From a virus: a stretch of 64,000 nt of DNA. The stretch covers positions 325 through 64,324 of the IMG/VR virus record IMGVR_UViG_3300009084_000003; one strand, given 5' to 3'. Every line of letters begins with the position of its first letter. The stretch's first letter is position 1. Positions 35,616 through 46,315 of this stretch are shown piece by piece. A model generated the notes under the pieces. It was not told where the DNA came from and made no database searches. It saw only the letters and a program-made list of their open reading frames with translations. Position numbers and translations under genes: made by a program.

Positions 35616-35959
35616 GTGGCCCCCCGCAGCCCAAAGGCCCACCCAGAGGCCCGAAGCAGCGTCTGTCGATGCGACGCACCGCCATGAAGCGCAACCCGTC
35701 GAAGTCCAAGGCTGAGTTCCACCCGTCGGTCCGCGCCGCTGTCGAGCGGCGCTCCCTGGGATGGTGTGAGGCTGACGCCCCAGGCTGCACCCGCAGAGCC
35801 ACCGTGATGCACCACCGTCGCCGTCGGTCGCAGGGCGGGGCAGCAGACGCCGAGAATGCCTTGCACGTCTGCAACCCCTGCCACCTATTCATTCATGCAA
35901 ACGTGGAGCTGTCAGTCTCCCGTGGGTGGCTTCTAACCTCAGGGCCGCGTCAACCATAG
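35612..35959 (+). CDS. HNH endonuclease
   Basis: CEADAPGC...HHRRRRSQGG...NALHVCNPCH. Confidence 0.85.
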   Translation: MSGPPQPKGPPRGPKQRLSMRRTAMKRNPSKSKAEFHPSVRAAVERRSLGWCEADAPGCTRRATVMHHRRRRSQGGAADAENALHVCNPCHLFIHANVELSVSRGWLLTSGPRQP

Positions 35960-36017
35960 ACATTCCCCTTGTCGGTCTGCGACGATCTCGGCATCTCGCA
36001 ACAGGAGGATTACAAAG

Positions 36018-36740
36018 ATGGCTACCAACCTTGCCGGTGGAGTGTGTGTAGGTGAGTTGCAAGCGTGCATCTTGCGCGCCGCTCGCCTCGACTCCGACTG
36101 CACCCCCACGGGTGGCGTCAATGGCGGTCTTGTGACCGCTGGCCTCGTGACGCTCACCGCCGACCCCGACGTGGAGGAAGGGACGATCTACGAGCAGAAG
36201 AATGCCTGTGGCGACATCTTGTTCACCTACGAGAAGGACGACAAGATCAAGCGTTACAACCTGTCGGGCGAGCTGGGCTTCTCTGACTTTGAGATGATGG
36301 CTCTCCTCTTCGGCGGCTCGGTCATTCTGGGCAAGGCAGGCGGCGCGTTCGCTGGCAAGGTCATCGGCTACGCCGACCCGCTCTACACCGCAGCGCCACG
36401 CAACGGCGTCTACCTGGAGGTCATCACGACCGCCATCACCGAAGGCGCTGGCTCGTGTGTCGTCGCTGGCTCGGAGGCACCGTTCGCCATCGGCCACATC
36501 TTCGGCAAGGTCAAGCTGCGCCCCGGCTCGAAGGCGTTTGCTGATGACGTGAAGCGCATCGCCTTCAGCGGCAAGGGCACGAACAACCCCAACATCTTCA
36601 ACGGCCCGTGGAATGACTACCCCGGTGCCGGGTACGCCCCGAATAGCGCGAGCATCTCGGTCGGCTACACCGAGGCTCAGTTCAACGCCATCGCGGCGAC
36701 GGTCGACTGCGGGTACCAAGACCTCCCCACCGGGAGCTAG
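36018..36740 (+). CDS. major tail (tube) protein
   Basis: SD AGGAGG; LQACILRAARLDSDC...KNACG; followed by terminator. Confidence 0.85.
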   Translation: MATNLAGGVCVGELQACILRAARLDSDCTPTGGVNGGLVTAGLVTLTADPDVEEGTIYEQKNACGDILFTYEKDDKIKRYNLSGELGFSDFEMMALLFGGSVILGKAGGAFAGKVIGYADPLYTAAPRNGVYLEVITTAITEGAGSCVVAGSEAPFAIGHIFGKVKLRPGSKAFADDVKRIAFSGKGTNNPNIFNGPWNDYPGAGYAPNSASISVGYTEAQFNAIAATVDCGYQDLPTGS

Positions 36741-36766
36741 CCTCCACATTCCTACAGTCATCCGCT

Positions 36767-36794
36767 CAAGCCCTCACCTTCGGGTGGGGGCTTG
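36767..36794 (+). terminator. terminator hairpin with UUCG loop
   Basis: CAAGCCCTCACC-TTCG-GGTGGGGGCTTG. Confidence 0.75.
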
Positions 36795-36838
36795 CTGCGT
36801 TCATCGACCAGTTCACGCCGACCAGCTATGGTTCAGGC

Positions 36839-37375
36839 ATGATTCCTGCGGCCCCATGCGACAACACGCCCGAGCCTTGCTGTGTGAGCCTGTCGGATAT
36901 CGCCAACCACCTTCTCTCCGAGACCTTCGATGCCCTGGCGGAATGCGGGGTCGACGCCTGCGAGGGCATCGTTGCGTACGTGACGATGGGCAACGGCGAC
37001 GATGGCATCTCTGATGCGCTGACGGTTGCGTTCCTTTCGACGACGGCGTCACCGAACACCCGCGCCGGACAGCTCAGCCTGTATCGCGCCACCTTCGACG
37101 TCCGACTGCGAGAGTCGGGCTGGCCGACCGCCGTTGTCGAGGGTAAGGCCATCGTTCTCCCCGACCCAGCGGTCCAGGCCGCCGCAGCGCGCTACATGCT
37201 GGGTCGCGGTGAAGCCATTCACCGTCGCCTCGCACACCTCTCCACCTCCAGGGGTCTCGTCCCGGCTGGCGTTCGCTGCTCGAACGGTTCAGTTGGATCA
37301 CTGTCCCCCCTCGCTCCGCAGGGTGGGGTGGCCGGGTGGACGACACAGGTGACGATCGACTTGCCGTGGAACTGA
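36839..37375 (+). CDS. tail terminator or head-tail joining protein
   Basis: position; C-terminal PQGGVAGW. Confidence 0.55.
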   Translation: MIPAAPCDNTPEPCCVSLSDIANHLLSETFDALAECGVDACEGIVAYVTMGNGDDGISDALTVAFLSTTASPNTRAGQLSLYRATFDVRLRESGWPTAVVEGKAIVLPDPAVQAAAARYMLGRGEAIHRRLAHLSTSRGLVPAGVRCSNGSVGSLSPLAPQGGVAGWTTQVTIDLPWN

Positions 37376-37376
37376 C

Positions 37377-37973
37377 ATGGCCCAAGGCCCAGTACGCATC
37401 ACTCGCTCGCTGAGGGGTAGCTCTGGCTTCGCTCGGGCCGTGGAGGCAGCGGCAGCGGAGCAGGCGTACCGCCAGTTGAAGACCTTGGTCGATGAGGCCG
37501 CTGCCGAGGCGAAGCGCATCGTTTCGTCGGAGCTGGTCAACGACCGCCCGCCTCTGCGCCGCAAGAAGGGAGCCCGTCACCTGTTGGGGGGCATCAAGGT
37601 GGAGTTGGACTTTCCGAACGGCGTCAACACGTTCCCGATCATCATGACCGGCAAGGTCATCGGCGACCAGAAAAAGACTGCGGCGTTGGAGTTCGGCTCC
37701 CCTGGACACCCGATCAACGCCGTGAACGCGCCCTTTCTCGTCTTCCCGTCCTCGGGGGACGCGCGCTCAACGAAGACGGCTGGTGATGGTTCCATCATTC
37801 GGCTGGAGTCCGGCAAAGCGTCCAAGCGCCAACGCGCCCAGGGCCTGGCGAACAACAACCGCCTGTCTCGTCAGAAATTGGTGAAAGCCAAATCGGTCGA
37901 CCACCCAGGCAACCGTCCATACAGGTTCCTCCAGCGCGGCATGGAGCGGGCGATCCGGGCGGCCTTCAAGTAG
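37377..37973 (+). CDS. minor tail/neck protein (HK97 gp10-like)
   Basis: LEFGSPGHPI...VDHPGNRPYRFLQRG. Confidence 0.6.
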   Translation: MAQGPVRITRSLRGSSGFARAVEAAAAEQAYRQLKTLVDEAAAEAKRIVSSELVNDRPPLRRKKGARHLLGGIKVELDFPNGVNTFPIIMTGKVIGDQKKTAALEFGSPGHPINAVNAPFLVFPSSGDARSTKTAGDGSIIRLESGKASKRQRAQGLANNNRLSRQKLVKAKSVDHPGNRPYRFLQRGMERAIRAAFK

Positions 37974-37998
37974 TGGTGCTAGCGCCAGAGCGCTCCGT

Positions 37999-38011
37999 GA
38001 CGTAGTATGTC
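37999..38011 (+). promoter_or_regulatory. GACGTAGTATGTC promoter/operator copy
   Basis: 4 nt before ATG 38016. Confidence 0.75.
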
Positions 38012-38015
38012 GGGC

Positions 38016-38384
38016 ATGGCATCACCGCAGAAGATTCTGGACCTCGACTCACAGCTCGGGTTCGACCTCACTCCCGCCCCCACCAAGACCGTGCGCCTCC
38101 TCGGGGCGGAGTGGACGATCGTGTGTGACATCAACTCGTTCGCCGTTTCCGACATTATGTCTGGCGATTCCGGCGGCATCGCTCGGTTCATCCGCGGGAT
38201 CATCGTCCCAGAGGAATCGGTCGCGTTCGCTGAGGCGCTCTCGAAAGTGCCGAACCTTGATGGTGAGAAGTTGGGCAAGTTGCTCGAAGCGCTGATCGAC
38301 GCTGCGAGCACGCCTGTTCCGCCAGCGCCCGTCCGGCGCACTCCCATCAGCCCAAAGCCTCCGCGCAAGACCGCGACGCGCTGA
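38016..38384 (+). CDS. tail assembly chaperone paralog (no downstream T segment)
   Basis: directly before tape measure; homologous to 49150..49524. Confidence 0.7.
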   Translation: MASPQKILDLDSQLGFDLTPAPTKTVRLLGAEWTIVCDINSFAVSDIMSGDSGGIARFIRGIIVPEESVAFAEALSKVPNLDGEKLGKLLEALIDAASTPVPPAPVRRTPISPKPPRKTATR

Positions 38385-38436
38385 CCCTTTCGGCGCGAAG
38401 CCTCAACCAGCCCTAGTCGTCGGCTAGTCTTCAGCC

Positions 38437-41400
38437 GTGGCTGGGTTCACCGCAAATTCTGACGGCACTGTTTTCATCGGCGCTCAGCTCGACGCGGACT
38501 CAGTCGACGCCATCGCGAAGGTTATTGAGGCGGCCTGCTCTCGTGGCGTCACGCAGGGGTTCGCCGAATTCAAGAAGATTTTCAACAGTTCGGCTACCGC
38601 CGATGGAGTGAAGAAGATTCAAGACGCGGTGAACGCTGCTGGCAAGAGCGCCGTACAGGCTGGCAATGGGGCCAAGGTCTTCTCGAAGAATCTGAATGCC
38701 GCATCGCAGGAGGCGTACAATCTTGGCGACGCGCTTCAGCGGATCGGGCAGCTTGAAAAGGCGATCGCCGCCGCCCAATACCGCGCCCGCTCCACGGAGC
38801 GTCAGGGGGCCATCACTGATCGGGAGCGCTTCTCGCGTGACGCCCAGCTCCGCATCGAGACCCTGAAGGGCGAGAACTCCCGCGCCGCGTCGGGTGCCCA
38901 GGGTGCCGCCCAGCAGCAGGTGGTTGCAGCTCGGTACGCGGGCAAGCAGCGGGTACTGATCGTGCAGGAAGTCTTGCGCACTATTGGGCGGTTGGAGAAG
39001 GCGCTCGGGGCGACCATAGCTGGGATCGCCCGCACCGCGACCAGCGCGATCTCAAAGTCGTTCAGCGGGCTCACCTCAACCCTGAGCAAGTTTGGCAGCT
39101 CTCTGCGCCGTACCGACTCAGGGTTCAATCAGACGCTGCCTCGCGAGTTACGCACGCGCGAGACGTTGATCCGGTCGTCATTCTCGCGCCAGGAGAAGGA
39201 ACTCCGGTCGTCAACTATCCGTCAGCAGCGCATCATCCAGCAGGCGCGAGCTGCCTCGTCGACGGGTGTGCTCGGAGCGGTGAGCGGGCGGGGCGCTGGG
39301 GGCGGAATAGGTCTAGGAGGTCTCGCCGGTGGCGTTGGCATTGGGGCGTTGCTGACCTCTGGCTTCAGGCGCTTCTCTGATCTGGAGCGCATCAACAAGC
39401 AGTTCCTTGCCCTCACTGGCAACATCGACGACACCAACACCCTGCTCGCCCAGGTGAAGCAGTTTGCCAAAGAGACGCCCTTCGATCTCGTTGGTGTCGC
39501 TGATCTCGCCAAGGGCTTCCTCGCCATCAAGACCCCGGTCGATCAGGTTCTTCCTCGCGTCCAGGCCATCGCCGACGCCGTCGCCTTGACCGGCGGCGGG
39601 GTCGACTCACTCAACCGCATCCAGCGAGCGCTTGGCCAGATCGTCTCGACCGGCAGGTTGCAAGGCGACGAACTCAACCAGCTCGCCGAGAACCTGCCGG
39701 GCCTGAACATTCGTCAGATTCTCGCCGACCAGGTCACAGGCGGCGACGTCCAGGCGCTCGTGGCCTTGCAGGAGGCCGGGGAGCTGAGCGCTGACGCCGT
39801 CGTCAACGGGCTCATCACCGGCCTTGCCAGCGACCCCCGCTTGGCGGGGGCGAGCGCCGATCTGGCCAAGACCCTGGGCGGTCGAGTCGCCAACCTCAAG
39901 GAATCGTTCGACGATTTCGGCGCGGCCATCATCGGCACCATCGCAGGGCCACTGAAGGTCGCCGTCTTGGGCGCTCAGACCGTCTTGCAGAGTTTGGCTG
40001 ACTTTGTCAAGGGCGAGGCGCTCAGTGGTCCTCTCCTCATTCTCCGCGAGGCCCTCACCGGGGCGGCTGTCGCGCTCACGGCGGTCGTTGTGGCGAAGGG
40101 TGCGGTGGAGGTCTTCAAGCTGCTGGCCGTTTCCGCCCAGCTCCTCCTCTCGCCGATGGGCCTTCTGCTTGTCGGCGTGGCGACCGTGGGTGCAGCGTTC
40201 AACGTCCTGCGCACCCGCTCTGCCGACTTCCGCGAGGCCATCTCCCTTCTGGGGCGCTACCTCGTCACACAGGGCAGCCGCATCTGGGATGGCATCATCA
40301 CCGCCGTCCATACCGTCATCGACGCGTTCGCGCGGACCAAGGAGGCGGTTGGCGGCACAGCCGACCGCATAGAGCGAGAGGTCAAGCCTGCCTCTCGGTT
40401 CTTCCGCGACCTCGGCGACACCATCAAGCGTGCCCTGTTCACGGCCACCTCTTTCATCGTTGAGAAGGTGATCCCAGCCCTTGCCGAGTTCGCGATCTTC
40501 GTAGGCCGCAACTTCGTCCCAGCCGTCTCTGTCGCCGTTGGCGTGGTGTTGGGGCTCGTTGACCGGGTTGTCGATATTGCCAAAGGCATTTACACCTACG
40601 TTCGTCCGGGGCTCCAGACTGCCATCGACGGTTTCCACGAACTAGCGAACGCCATCGGTGCGGCATTCAGTGGTGATTTCTCGGGCCTTGAGAAGCAGAA
40701 GACGAAGCTACTCATCGCCCTCACCGCCGGGGTGACGGGCCTGGCGATCGGCGGCCCCATACTCGGGGCTGTGGCCGCCGCGGCGGTGCTGGTTGGCCCC
40801 GCCATCGGCAAGGCGCTCCAGCCGATCGGGCGGCGGGTTGCGGAGTTCTTCACTGAGCTGTTCTCCGGCCCGAACATCAAGCGGTACATCTCCGGTGTTC
40901 TCGACTTCGTGGAAGCGGTTGGCCGCACTATCGGCACAATCGTGTCCAGCCCGTTGTTCTTGAAGGCCGTCGCCGCCATCGCTGCCGCTGCCGTGGTGAT
41001 CGGCTTCCGCTTCGTCAAGGGCTTCATTGAGGGTGTCGCATCCAACCTCCCTTCCTTCGGCGACGTCCTTCAGGCTGGGCTGGGGCTCATCTTCGACAAC
41101 CTCGGGGTGGTCCTTGGGATCGCCCTCGCTGCGGCTATCTTCGGTCCACGCCTGCTGGGGCTGTTCCGTACTGGCGGGGCTACTGCGGGGACGTCGTTCG
41201 CATCGGGGCTGAAGGCGTCATTCGGCCGCGGTGGCGATTTCCTCAGCAGCCTGTTCGGTGGGGCTGGGGCCGCCGACCGACGGGCGATCGGCAACCTCTT
41301 CAGGGGGGCGGAGAGGGAGGCGCGAGGGTTGGCCAACCAACTCCGCGTTCTAGGGGAACCTCGCCAAGTATTCGGCAGCCCCACCTCCATGAGGGAGGCG

Positions 41401-44400
41401 ACCGATCGTATCCGCGAGCTGAGCACCGGGCTTACCGCCGCTCAGATAAACGGGCTTCGGCTGCGAGACACGTTGCAGCAGGGTGGCCTTGCCATCAGGG
41501 GCGTCTTCGGCGGGCTAGTCCAGGCCAGCAAGGGTCTCGGCCCCGCTTTGGCGGCACCAGTGAAGGGGTACATCGCAGCGCTCAATGCGACCAACGCCTA
41601 CATCGGCCCCGGCACGTCGGGGGGCAAGGCATTCGTGAAGGCTTTCGCCGAATCCTTCCGTGCTGGCGGCGGTGCGATCAAGGACGGGTTTCGGTCGGCG
41701 TTGTCGGCGGTTGAGCAGTTCTCTATTTCGCAGGGGAAGTCCATCGGCCGCACGTTGGTCAACGGGCTGCGGACAGGCGCTGAAGCGGGGCTGGCGGCAC
41801 TAGGTGGATTCATGGCTGGCCGCGCCGAGGGCGCGGCTGGCGGAAGTGGGCTACTAAGCGCCGCTACCGCCGGGCTGACGGCGGGCCTGATTACCCAGAA
41901 CCCAGTGATTGGCGTCGCCGCCGCGGGAGCCTCCCTGCTAGGCACCCAGCTCGGCAAGGCTGAACGGGCCGCGAAACTGTTCAAGGAGCGGTTGGCTGAA
42001 ATTGGGTCCGTCATTCGTGGCAAGTTGGAAGCGGCGCTCAAAGCGGGCAAAGATGCAGTACTTGACCTGCGCGACGCGTTCAGTCTGGAAGGGGAGGCTG
42101 GACTTACCGACGAGATCACTAAGCTGCTGAAGCCTGAGACGCTGAAGACCCTTCTGGACGCTGGGGTCAACAGTCGAGAGTTGTTCGCCGCTTTTCGTGA
42201 AGGCCAGCCAGCCGTGGAGCGTCTGCTCAGCTCAATCGGCGGGAGTAAGGGCTCTGGAGAGTTCGGCAAACTCACCGACATCCAAAAGGCTGCCTTTGAT
42301 GTCGGTACCGTGTTCGTGGGCGTGGCCAAGGAGATCGAGTCTGTCAACGTCAAGGCGCAGTTCGGTGCTGACGGGCCGATAAAGCGCTGGTCTGCTGCCG
42401 CCTTCCTCGCCCTCGGCGGGCCAGGCACCACCGACACCTTGGGCCGGATGAAAGATGCCATAGAGACTCTCGACCCGGCCTTTCAGAGGCATATCGACGA
42501 CACTAAGAGGTTGGCCGACGGGTACGACGGCGTCGCCGCTGCGGTCAAGGGAGCGCAAGACAACATCAACGCCGCGTTCGGCCCCAAGGGCGGGTCGCTT
42601 GGTTTGCAGATCGACACGGCAGTCGTTGGGGCGAAGAGTCAGGGCGCTCAACTCGCAGAAGCACTACGGTCGGGGGCTGGCAGCTCTGAGTTCAACCTGG
42701 CGCTGAACGACATCAGTAGCAGGATTGGGACAATTGTTTCGGAGGGCGTCGGGAGCGGGGCGATCCTAACCCCCGAGGCGGCGGCATTCGCTACCGACTC
42801 GTACAAGAGCGCGCTGTTGGCGGCAGTGAAAGACAACCCAGAAGCCACCGCCGCGATCCGCGCGTTGTTCGACAGCATCCCCGCGACAATCAAGCCCGAG
42901 TTGGACAAGGTCAAGCTGAAGAGGGACGCCCAGTCCGCCCTGGAAGGCGTCACCCTGTTCGGCGTTGGCAAGGGGAAGTTCAATCGGCCGATTGGCGATA
43001 TTGAGGCCCCCAAGGCCCCCAAGGTCGACATCCCTTCCTCCTCAAAGACGCAGGGTGAATGGTGGAGGTTTGGTTCCGACATCGCCACGGGGGCGGCGAG
43101 GGGCGTCACCGCCAACACCTACAAGCCGGTGACGGCAGCCGTGATTATGGCGTCGAAAATGGCCATCGCGGCGCGCAAACAGTCGGGCATCGCGTCGCCG
43201 TCGAAGGTGTTCAGGCAGATCGGCGTGTTCATGGGCGAGGGTCTCGCCGTCGGCCTCCAAAGCACGGCCGCCTTGGTGTCGGGCGCTGCCACTCGTCTCG
43301 TCGACCGCGTCGTCGCTGCGGCTCGCTCCGCTGGTTCTGGTGCGGCTGACGCGTTGAAGGGTGTCGGGTCGGACATCTTCGCTGGGATGGTTGGGTCGGG
43401 CGCTGAACTCAACACCGGCAACTCGTTGCTGCAAGCCCGCGGCGCGCTCACTACAGCATTCAGCAGCCTGCGCGACTCACTGTCGGGTGAGGGGGCGACG
43501 ACAACGCTGGACATCAACGACGCCCTCGGCGTGGCGAACATCCAACAGTTGACCGGCGCGTTCGACGCGATCGCTGAGTTCGGCCAGGTGATGCTTAGCC
43601 AGGGCGTCGACGCGTCAACGGTCGCCATCCAGCTCCAACAGCAGGTGGACGTACTCACCCAGCTTGCTGTGTCGATGGGTTTCGATCAGGCCGGTGTCGC
43701 GGGCCTGGCTGATTCGCTCGGCCTTTCGGGCGCTGCGCTCGGGCAGTTCGTCTCCACTGCCGCCGACGCCGCAGCGCAGATCAGGCAGATCGCCGCCGAC
43801 CTGGCAGCCACCGACTTGTATCAGAAGTCGTTCGGCTCTCAGGCGACCGGCCCCAACGGCAACGCAGGCGCTCTTGCTTCAGCGCAGGCCGGGGTGACGA
43901 CCGCCGTGCAGTCGGTGTTGTCCAACTTCGACACGCAGATCGGCCAAGTGTTCACACTCGGCGCGTCTGATTACTCGAAGCTGAACGCTGCCGATAAGGC
44001 ACTCTTCGATGAGATCAAGGCTGGCAAGGCGCTCTCAACTGACACGACGACGGTGCTCGGTTCGGCGAACCTGGCGTCGCTGACCGGCGCGTTCGACGCG
44101 ATCGCGAACCTCGGCCAAGTGATGATCAGCCAGGGTTCCTCTGCCGCTGACGTGGCGGCCGAACTGAAGAAGCAGACAGCGGCAGCTACAGCGAAGGCCA
44201 CTGCCCTCGGCTTCAGCGTCAGCACTGTTGCTGGTGTCGCTGCTGGGCTCGGACTGTCGAACGTGGCAATCGACGGCTACGTCACTGGTGCCGCTGCCGC
44301 TGCCGCTGCTGCCGCCGCTCCGGCCCCCGGCGCTGCCGCCGCCACGGCGGCCGTGTACGCACTGCCCCCAGCCGCCATTCCCGTGTACCGTCCGCCTGTC

Positions 44401-44631
44401 GCGCCTGCCGCCGCCGCTCCGTCCGGCCCGTTCACCCCGTCCACCGCCGCTGAAGACGCTGCGTCCGCGGCAGCGAACGCAGCCTTCGTCGCCCAGTTGA
44501 TCAACTCTGGGATGCTCACGACGAGCGGGGGCTCTGGCTTGTCGGGCGGCCCTGACCCGCAGGCGTTCATCAACGCTGTCGGCCCAGGGTTGGCTAAGGT
44601 GATTCAGCAAGCGATACGGGCAGGTGGGTGA
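38437..44631 (+). CDS. tape measure protein (2064 aa)
   Basis: size, Ala/Gly-rich, FAKETPFDL...GRLQGDELNQLAE tape-measure domain. Confidence 0.95.
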   Translation: MAGFTANSDGTVFIGAQLDADSVDAIAKVIEAACSRGVTQGFAEFKKIFNSSATADGVKKIQDAVNAAGKSAVQAGNGAKVFSKNLNAASQEAYNLGDALQRIGQLEKAIAAAQYRARSTERQGAITDRERFSRDAQLRIETLKGENSRAASGAQGAAQQQVVAARYAGKQRVLIVQEVLRTIGRLEKALGATIAGIARTATSAISKSFSGLTSTLSKFGSSLRRTDSGFNQTLPRELRTRETLIRSSFSRQEKELRSSTIRQQRIIQQARAASSTGVLGAVSGRGAGGGIGLGGLAGGVGIGALLTSGFRRFSDLERINKQFLALTGNIDDTNTLLAQVKQFAKETPFDLVGVADLAKGFLAIKTPVDQVLPRVQAIADAVALTGGGVDSLNRIQRALGQIVSTGRLQGDELNQLAENLPGLNIRQILADQVTGGDVQALVALQEAGELSADAVVNGLITGLASDPRLAGASADLAKTLGGRVANLKESFDDFGAAIIGTIAGPLKVAVLGAQTVLQSLADFVKGEALSGPLLILREALTGAAVALTAVVVAKGAVEVFKLLAVSAQLLLSPMGLLLVGVATVGAAFNVLRTRSADFREAISLLGRYLVTQGSRIWDGIITAVHTVIDAFARTKEAVGGTADRIEREVKPASRFFRDLGDTIKRALFTATSFIVEKVIPALAEFAIFVGRNFVPAVSVAVGVVLGLVDRVVDIAKGIYTYVRPGLQTAIDGFHELANAIGAAFSGDFSGLEKQKTKLLIALTAGVTGLAIGGPILGAVAAAAVLVGPAIGKALQPIGRRVAEFFTELFSGPNIKRYISGVLDFVEAVGRTIGTIVSSPLFLKAVAAIAAAAVVIGFRFVKGFIEGVASNLPSFGDVLQAGLGLIFDNLGVVLGIALAAAIFGPRLLGLFRTGGATAGTSFASGLKASFGRGGDFLSSLFGGAGAADRRAIGNLFRGAEREARGLANQLRVLGEPRQVFGSPTSMREATDRIRELSTGLTAAQINGLRLRDTLQQGGLAIRGVFGGLVQASKGLGPALAAPVKGYIAALNATNAYIGPGTSGGKAFVKAFAESFRAGGGAIKDGFRSALSAVEQFSISQGKSIGRTLVNGLRTGAEAGLAALGGFMAGRAEGAAGGSGLLSAATAGLTAGLITQNPVIGVAAAGASLLGTQLGKAERAAKLFKERLAEIGSVIRGKLEAALKAGKDAVLDLRDAFSLEGEAGLTDEITKLLKPETLKTLLDAGVNSRELFAAFREGQPAVERLLSSIGGSKGSGEFGKLTDIQKAAFDVGTVFVGVAKEIESVNVKAQFGADGPIKRWSAAAFLALGGPGTTDTLGRMKDAIETLDPAFQRHIDDTKRLADGYDGVAAAVKGAQDNINAAFGPKGGSLGLQIDTAVVGAKSQGAQLAEALRSGAGSSEFNLALNDISSRIGTIVSEGVGSGAILTPEAAAFATDSYKSALLAAVKDNPEATAAIRALFDSIPATIKPELDKVKLKRDAQSALEGVTLFGVGKGKFNRPIGDIEAPKAPKVDIPSSSKTQGEWWRFGSDIATGAARGVTANTYKPVTAAVIMASKMAIAARKQSGIASPSKVFRQIGVFMGEGLAVGLQSTAALVSGAATRLVDRVVAAARSAGSGAADALKGVGSDIFAGMVGSGAELNTGNSLLQARGALTTAFSSLRDSLSGEGATTTLDINDALGVANIQQLTGAFDAIAEFGQVMLSQGVDASTVAIQLQQQVDVLTQLAVSMGFDQAGVAGLADSLGLSGAALGQFVSTAADAAAQIRQIAADLAATDLYQKSFGSQATGPNGNAGALASAQAGVTTAVQSVLSNFDTQIGQVFTLGASDYSKLNAADKALFDEIKAGKALSTDTTTVLGSANLASLTGAFDAIANLGQVMISQGSSAADVAAELKKQTAAATAKATALGFSVSTVAGVAAGLGLSNVAIDGYVTGAAAAAAAAAAPAPGAAAATAAVYALPPAAIPVYRPPVAPAAAAPSGPFTPSTAAEDAASAAANAAFVAQLINSGMLTTSGGSGLSGGPDPQAFINAVGPGLAKVIQQAIRAGG

Positions 44632-45017
44632 CGGTGGCTGAAATAGATTTCACACGGGTGTGGTTCCATCTGGCGTCTGATTTGTCGGACAGCCTGGAGC
44701 TAGACCTCGCCTCGAACGGCTGGAACTCGCCGCTTGTCGGGCAAGGGCAGGCCCGCGGCTTGGCGGCAGGGCGCACCGTGTGGGTCTCGCGCCCCGGCAC
44801 CACTCGAATGGCGACCATTGCTGTGATTCTCACCGACCGCGATCAGGTGTCCTGGCTGGAGGAGAAGGTCAACCGCCAGGTGTTGATCCGCTCCCCGCGT
44901 GGCCAGCGGCTGTGGGGGTCGTATGCGCAGGTCGAGGTGGCCGAACCGAACGGTCGCACGTACGCCGTGGTCTCGACGCTGTCGGTGTCCGAGGTGTCGC
45001 ATAGTGAGATCGTCTGA
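44628..45017 (+). CDS. minor tail protein (distal-tail-like)
   Basis: position after tape measure. Confidence 0.55.
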   Translation: MTVAEIDFTRVWFHLASDLSDSLELDLASNGWNSPLVGQGQARGLAAGRTVWVSRPGTTRMATIAVILTDRDQVSWLEEKVNRQVLIRSPRGQRLWGSYAQVEVAEPNGRTYAVVSTLSVSEVSHSEIV

Positions 45018-46102
45018 TGAGTGTCATCACACTGATCCAGTCCCCCGTCACTGAGGTTTCTGCTGGCCTCGACCTGCTGACGTCGGGCAACGTGTTCGTC
45101 GAAGACATCTCCGCCGACCTCCAAGTTGATGGCTCATCGGTGACGCGCAATATGAGCAACAAGATTCACGGCACCTGTGATCTGTCGATGCAACGTCAAC
45201 TGGCGTGGGGAAAGGACAGGGTGCGCCCGTGGGTGGAGATATCCGCTGATGGCGAGACGACGACGCGCTGGAACCTTGGGGTGTACGCGATGACCACCCC
45301 AACCCGTGAGGCTGGCGAAACTCCGGCCATCTGGAGGGTTCAGGGTTACGACCTGTTGACGGTGTTTGATTCCCCGTACGGGTCCACCTATTCCGCTGCG
45401 GCCGGGTCGGTGCCGTTGACGTTGATCGCTGCAATTCTGACGGCAGCCGGGGAAACGAACGCCATCAGTCAGGCTGCGATCGCCACGACCCTCCCGGCGG
45501 CGATGACCTGGCCGATCGACCAGGACAACACGACGTTGAAGATCATCAACGACCTATTGGAGCGCATTGGGTATGGGCCGTTGTGGTGCGACCGCGAGGG
45601 AAGGTTTCGCTCCGACCCGATTGTGGTGCTGTCGACGAAGGCCCCGATGTGGGCATACGACGCTGATGCCGGGTACACCACCACTGTCGGCGAGAGCCGC
45701 ACCGCCTCCGCTGACTTCTTCTCCACCCCGAACCGCTGGGTGTTCATTCGCGACGACGCTGGGGAGGCCATCGGCGCTGAAGGTTCCGGCATCTACACGG
45801 TGTCCAACGCCGCTTACGGCCCGACGTCGGTCGCTGGTCGTGGCCGGACGATCAACAAGGTGGAGCGCTTGCAGGCCGCCTCGCAGGCAGCGCTGGTCGC
45901 GCAGGGCGACAAGATCGTCGCAGCCGACATCCGCGTCGCGGCCTCCGTTGACCTATCCACCCAGACCAACCCCGAGCACTGGCATGATGATGTGGTGACA
46001 TACGTGGACGCTCAGCTCGGGGCGAGCGGGAGTTGGGCTGTCGCTGAGTGGCGGCTCGACCTTGGCGGCGCGCTGGAGACAATCAAGCTGGAGTCGATAT
46101 GA
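45017..46102 (+). CDS. minor tail / baseplate hub protein
   Basis: WNLGVYAMTTP, LWCDREGRF, PNRWV. Confidence 0.7.
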   Translation: MSVITLIQSPVTEVSAGLDLLTSGNVFVEDISADLQVDGSSVTRNMSNKIHGTCDLSMQRQLAWGKDRVRPWVEISADGETTTRWNLGVYAMTTPTREAGETPAIWRVQGYDLLTVFDSPYGSTYSAAAGSVPLTLIAAILTAAGETNAISQAAIATTLPAAMTWPIDQDNTTLKIINDLLERIGYGPLWCDREGRFRSDPIVVLSTKAPMWAYDADAGYTTTVGESRTASADFFSTPNRWVFIRDDAGEAIGAEGSGIYTVSNAAYGPTSVAGRGRTINKVERLQAASQAALVAQGDKIVAADIRVAASVDLSTQTNPEHWHDDVVTYVDAQLGASGSWAVAEWRLDLGGALETIKLESI

Positions 46103-46302
46103 CCGTCCCTTTGTCGAAGATTGGACTGACTTGGGGGTCGGTGACGCAGGTGACCCCGTTGCAGGTTCGCATCAACGGCGACACAGGCGACACCCCGATC
46201 GCCCTCATGGATTCGGGGATGACGTTCTCGGTTTCCGACAAGGTCGGCTTGGTGTTGCTCGGCTCGCAGTGGGCTGTCTTCATGAAGGTTGTAGCAACAT
46301 GA
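46099..46302 (+). CDS. small minor tail protein
   Basis: GSVTQVTPLQVRINGD; ATGA overlap. Confidence 0.6.
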   Translation: MTVPLSKIGLTWGSVTQVTPLQVRINGDTGDTPIALMDSGMTFSVSDKVGLVLLGSQWAVFMKVVAT

Positions 46303-46315
46303 GGGAGGCGACCTA

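Noticed and set aside
38384-38437. canonical G-T frameshift before the tape measure
   Set aside because: Only 52 nt separate the genes and there is no T segment or slippery site.
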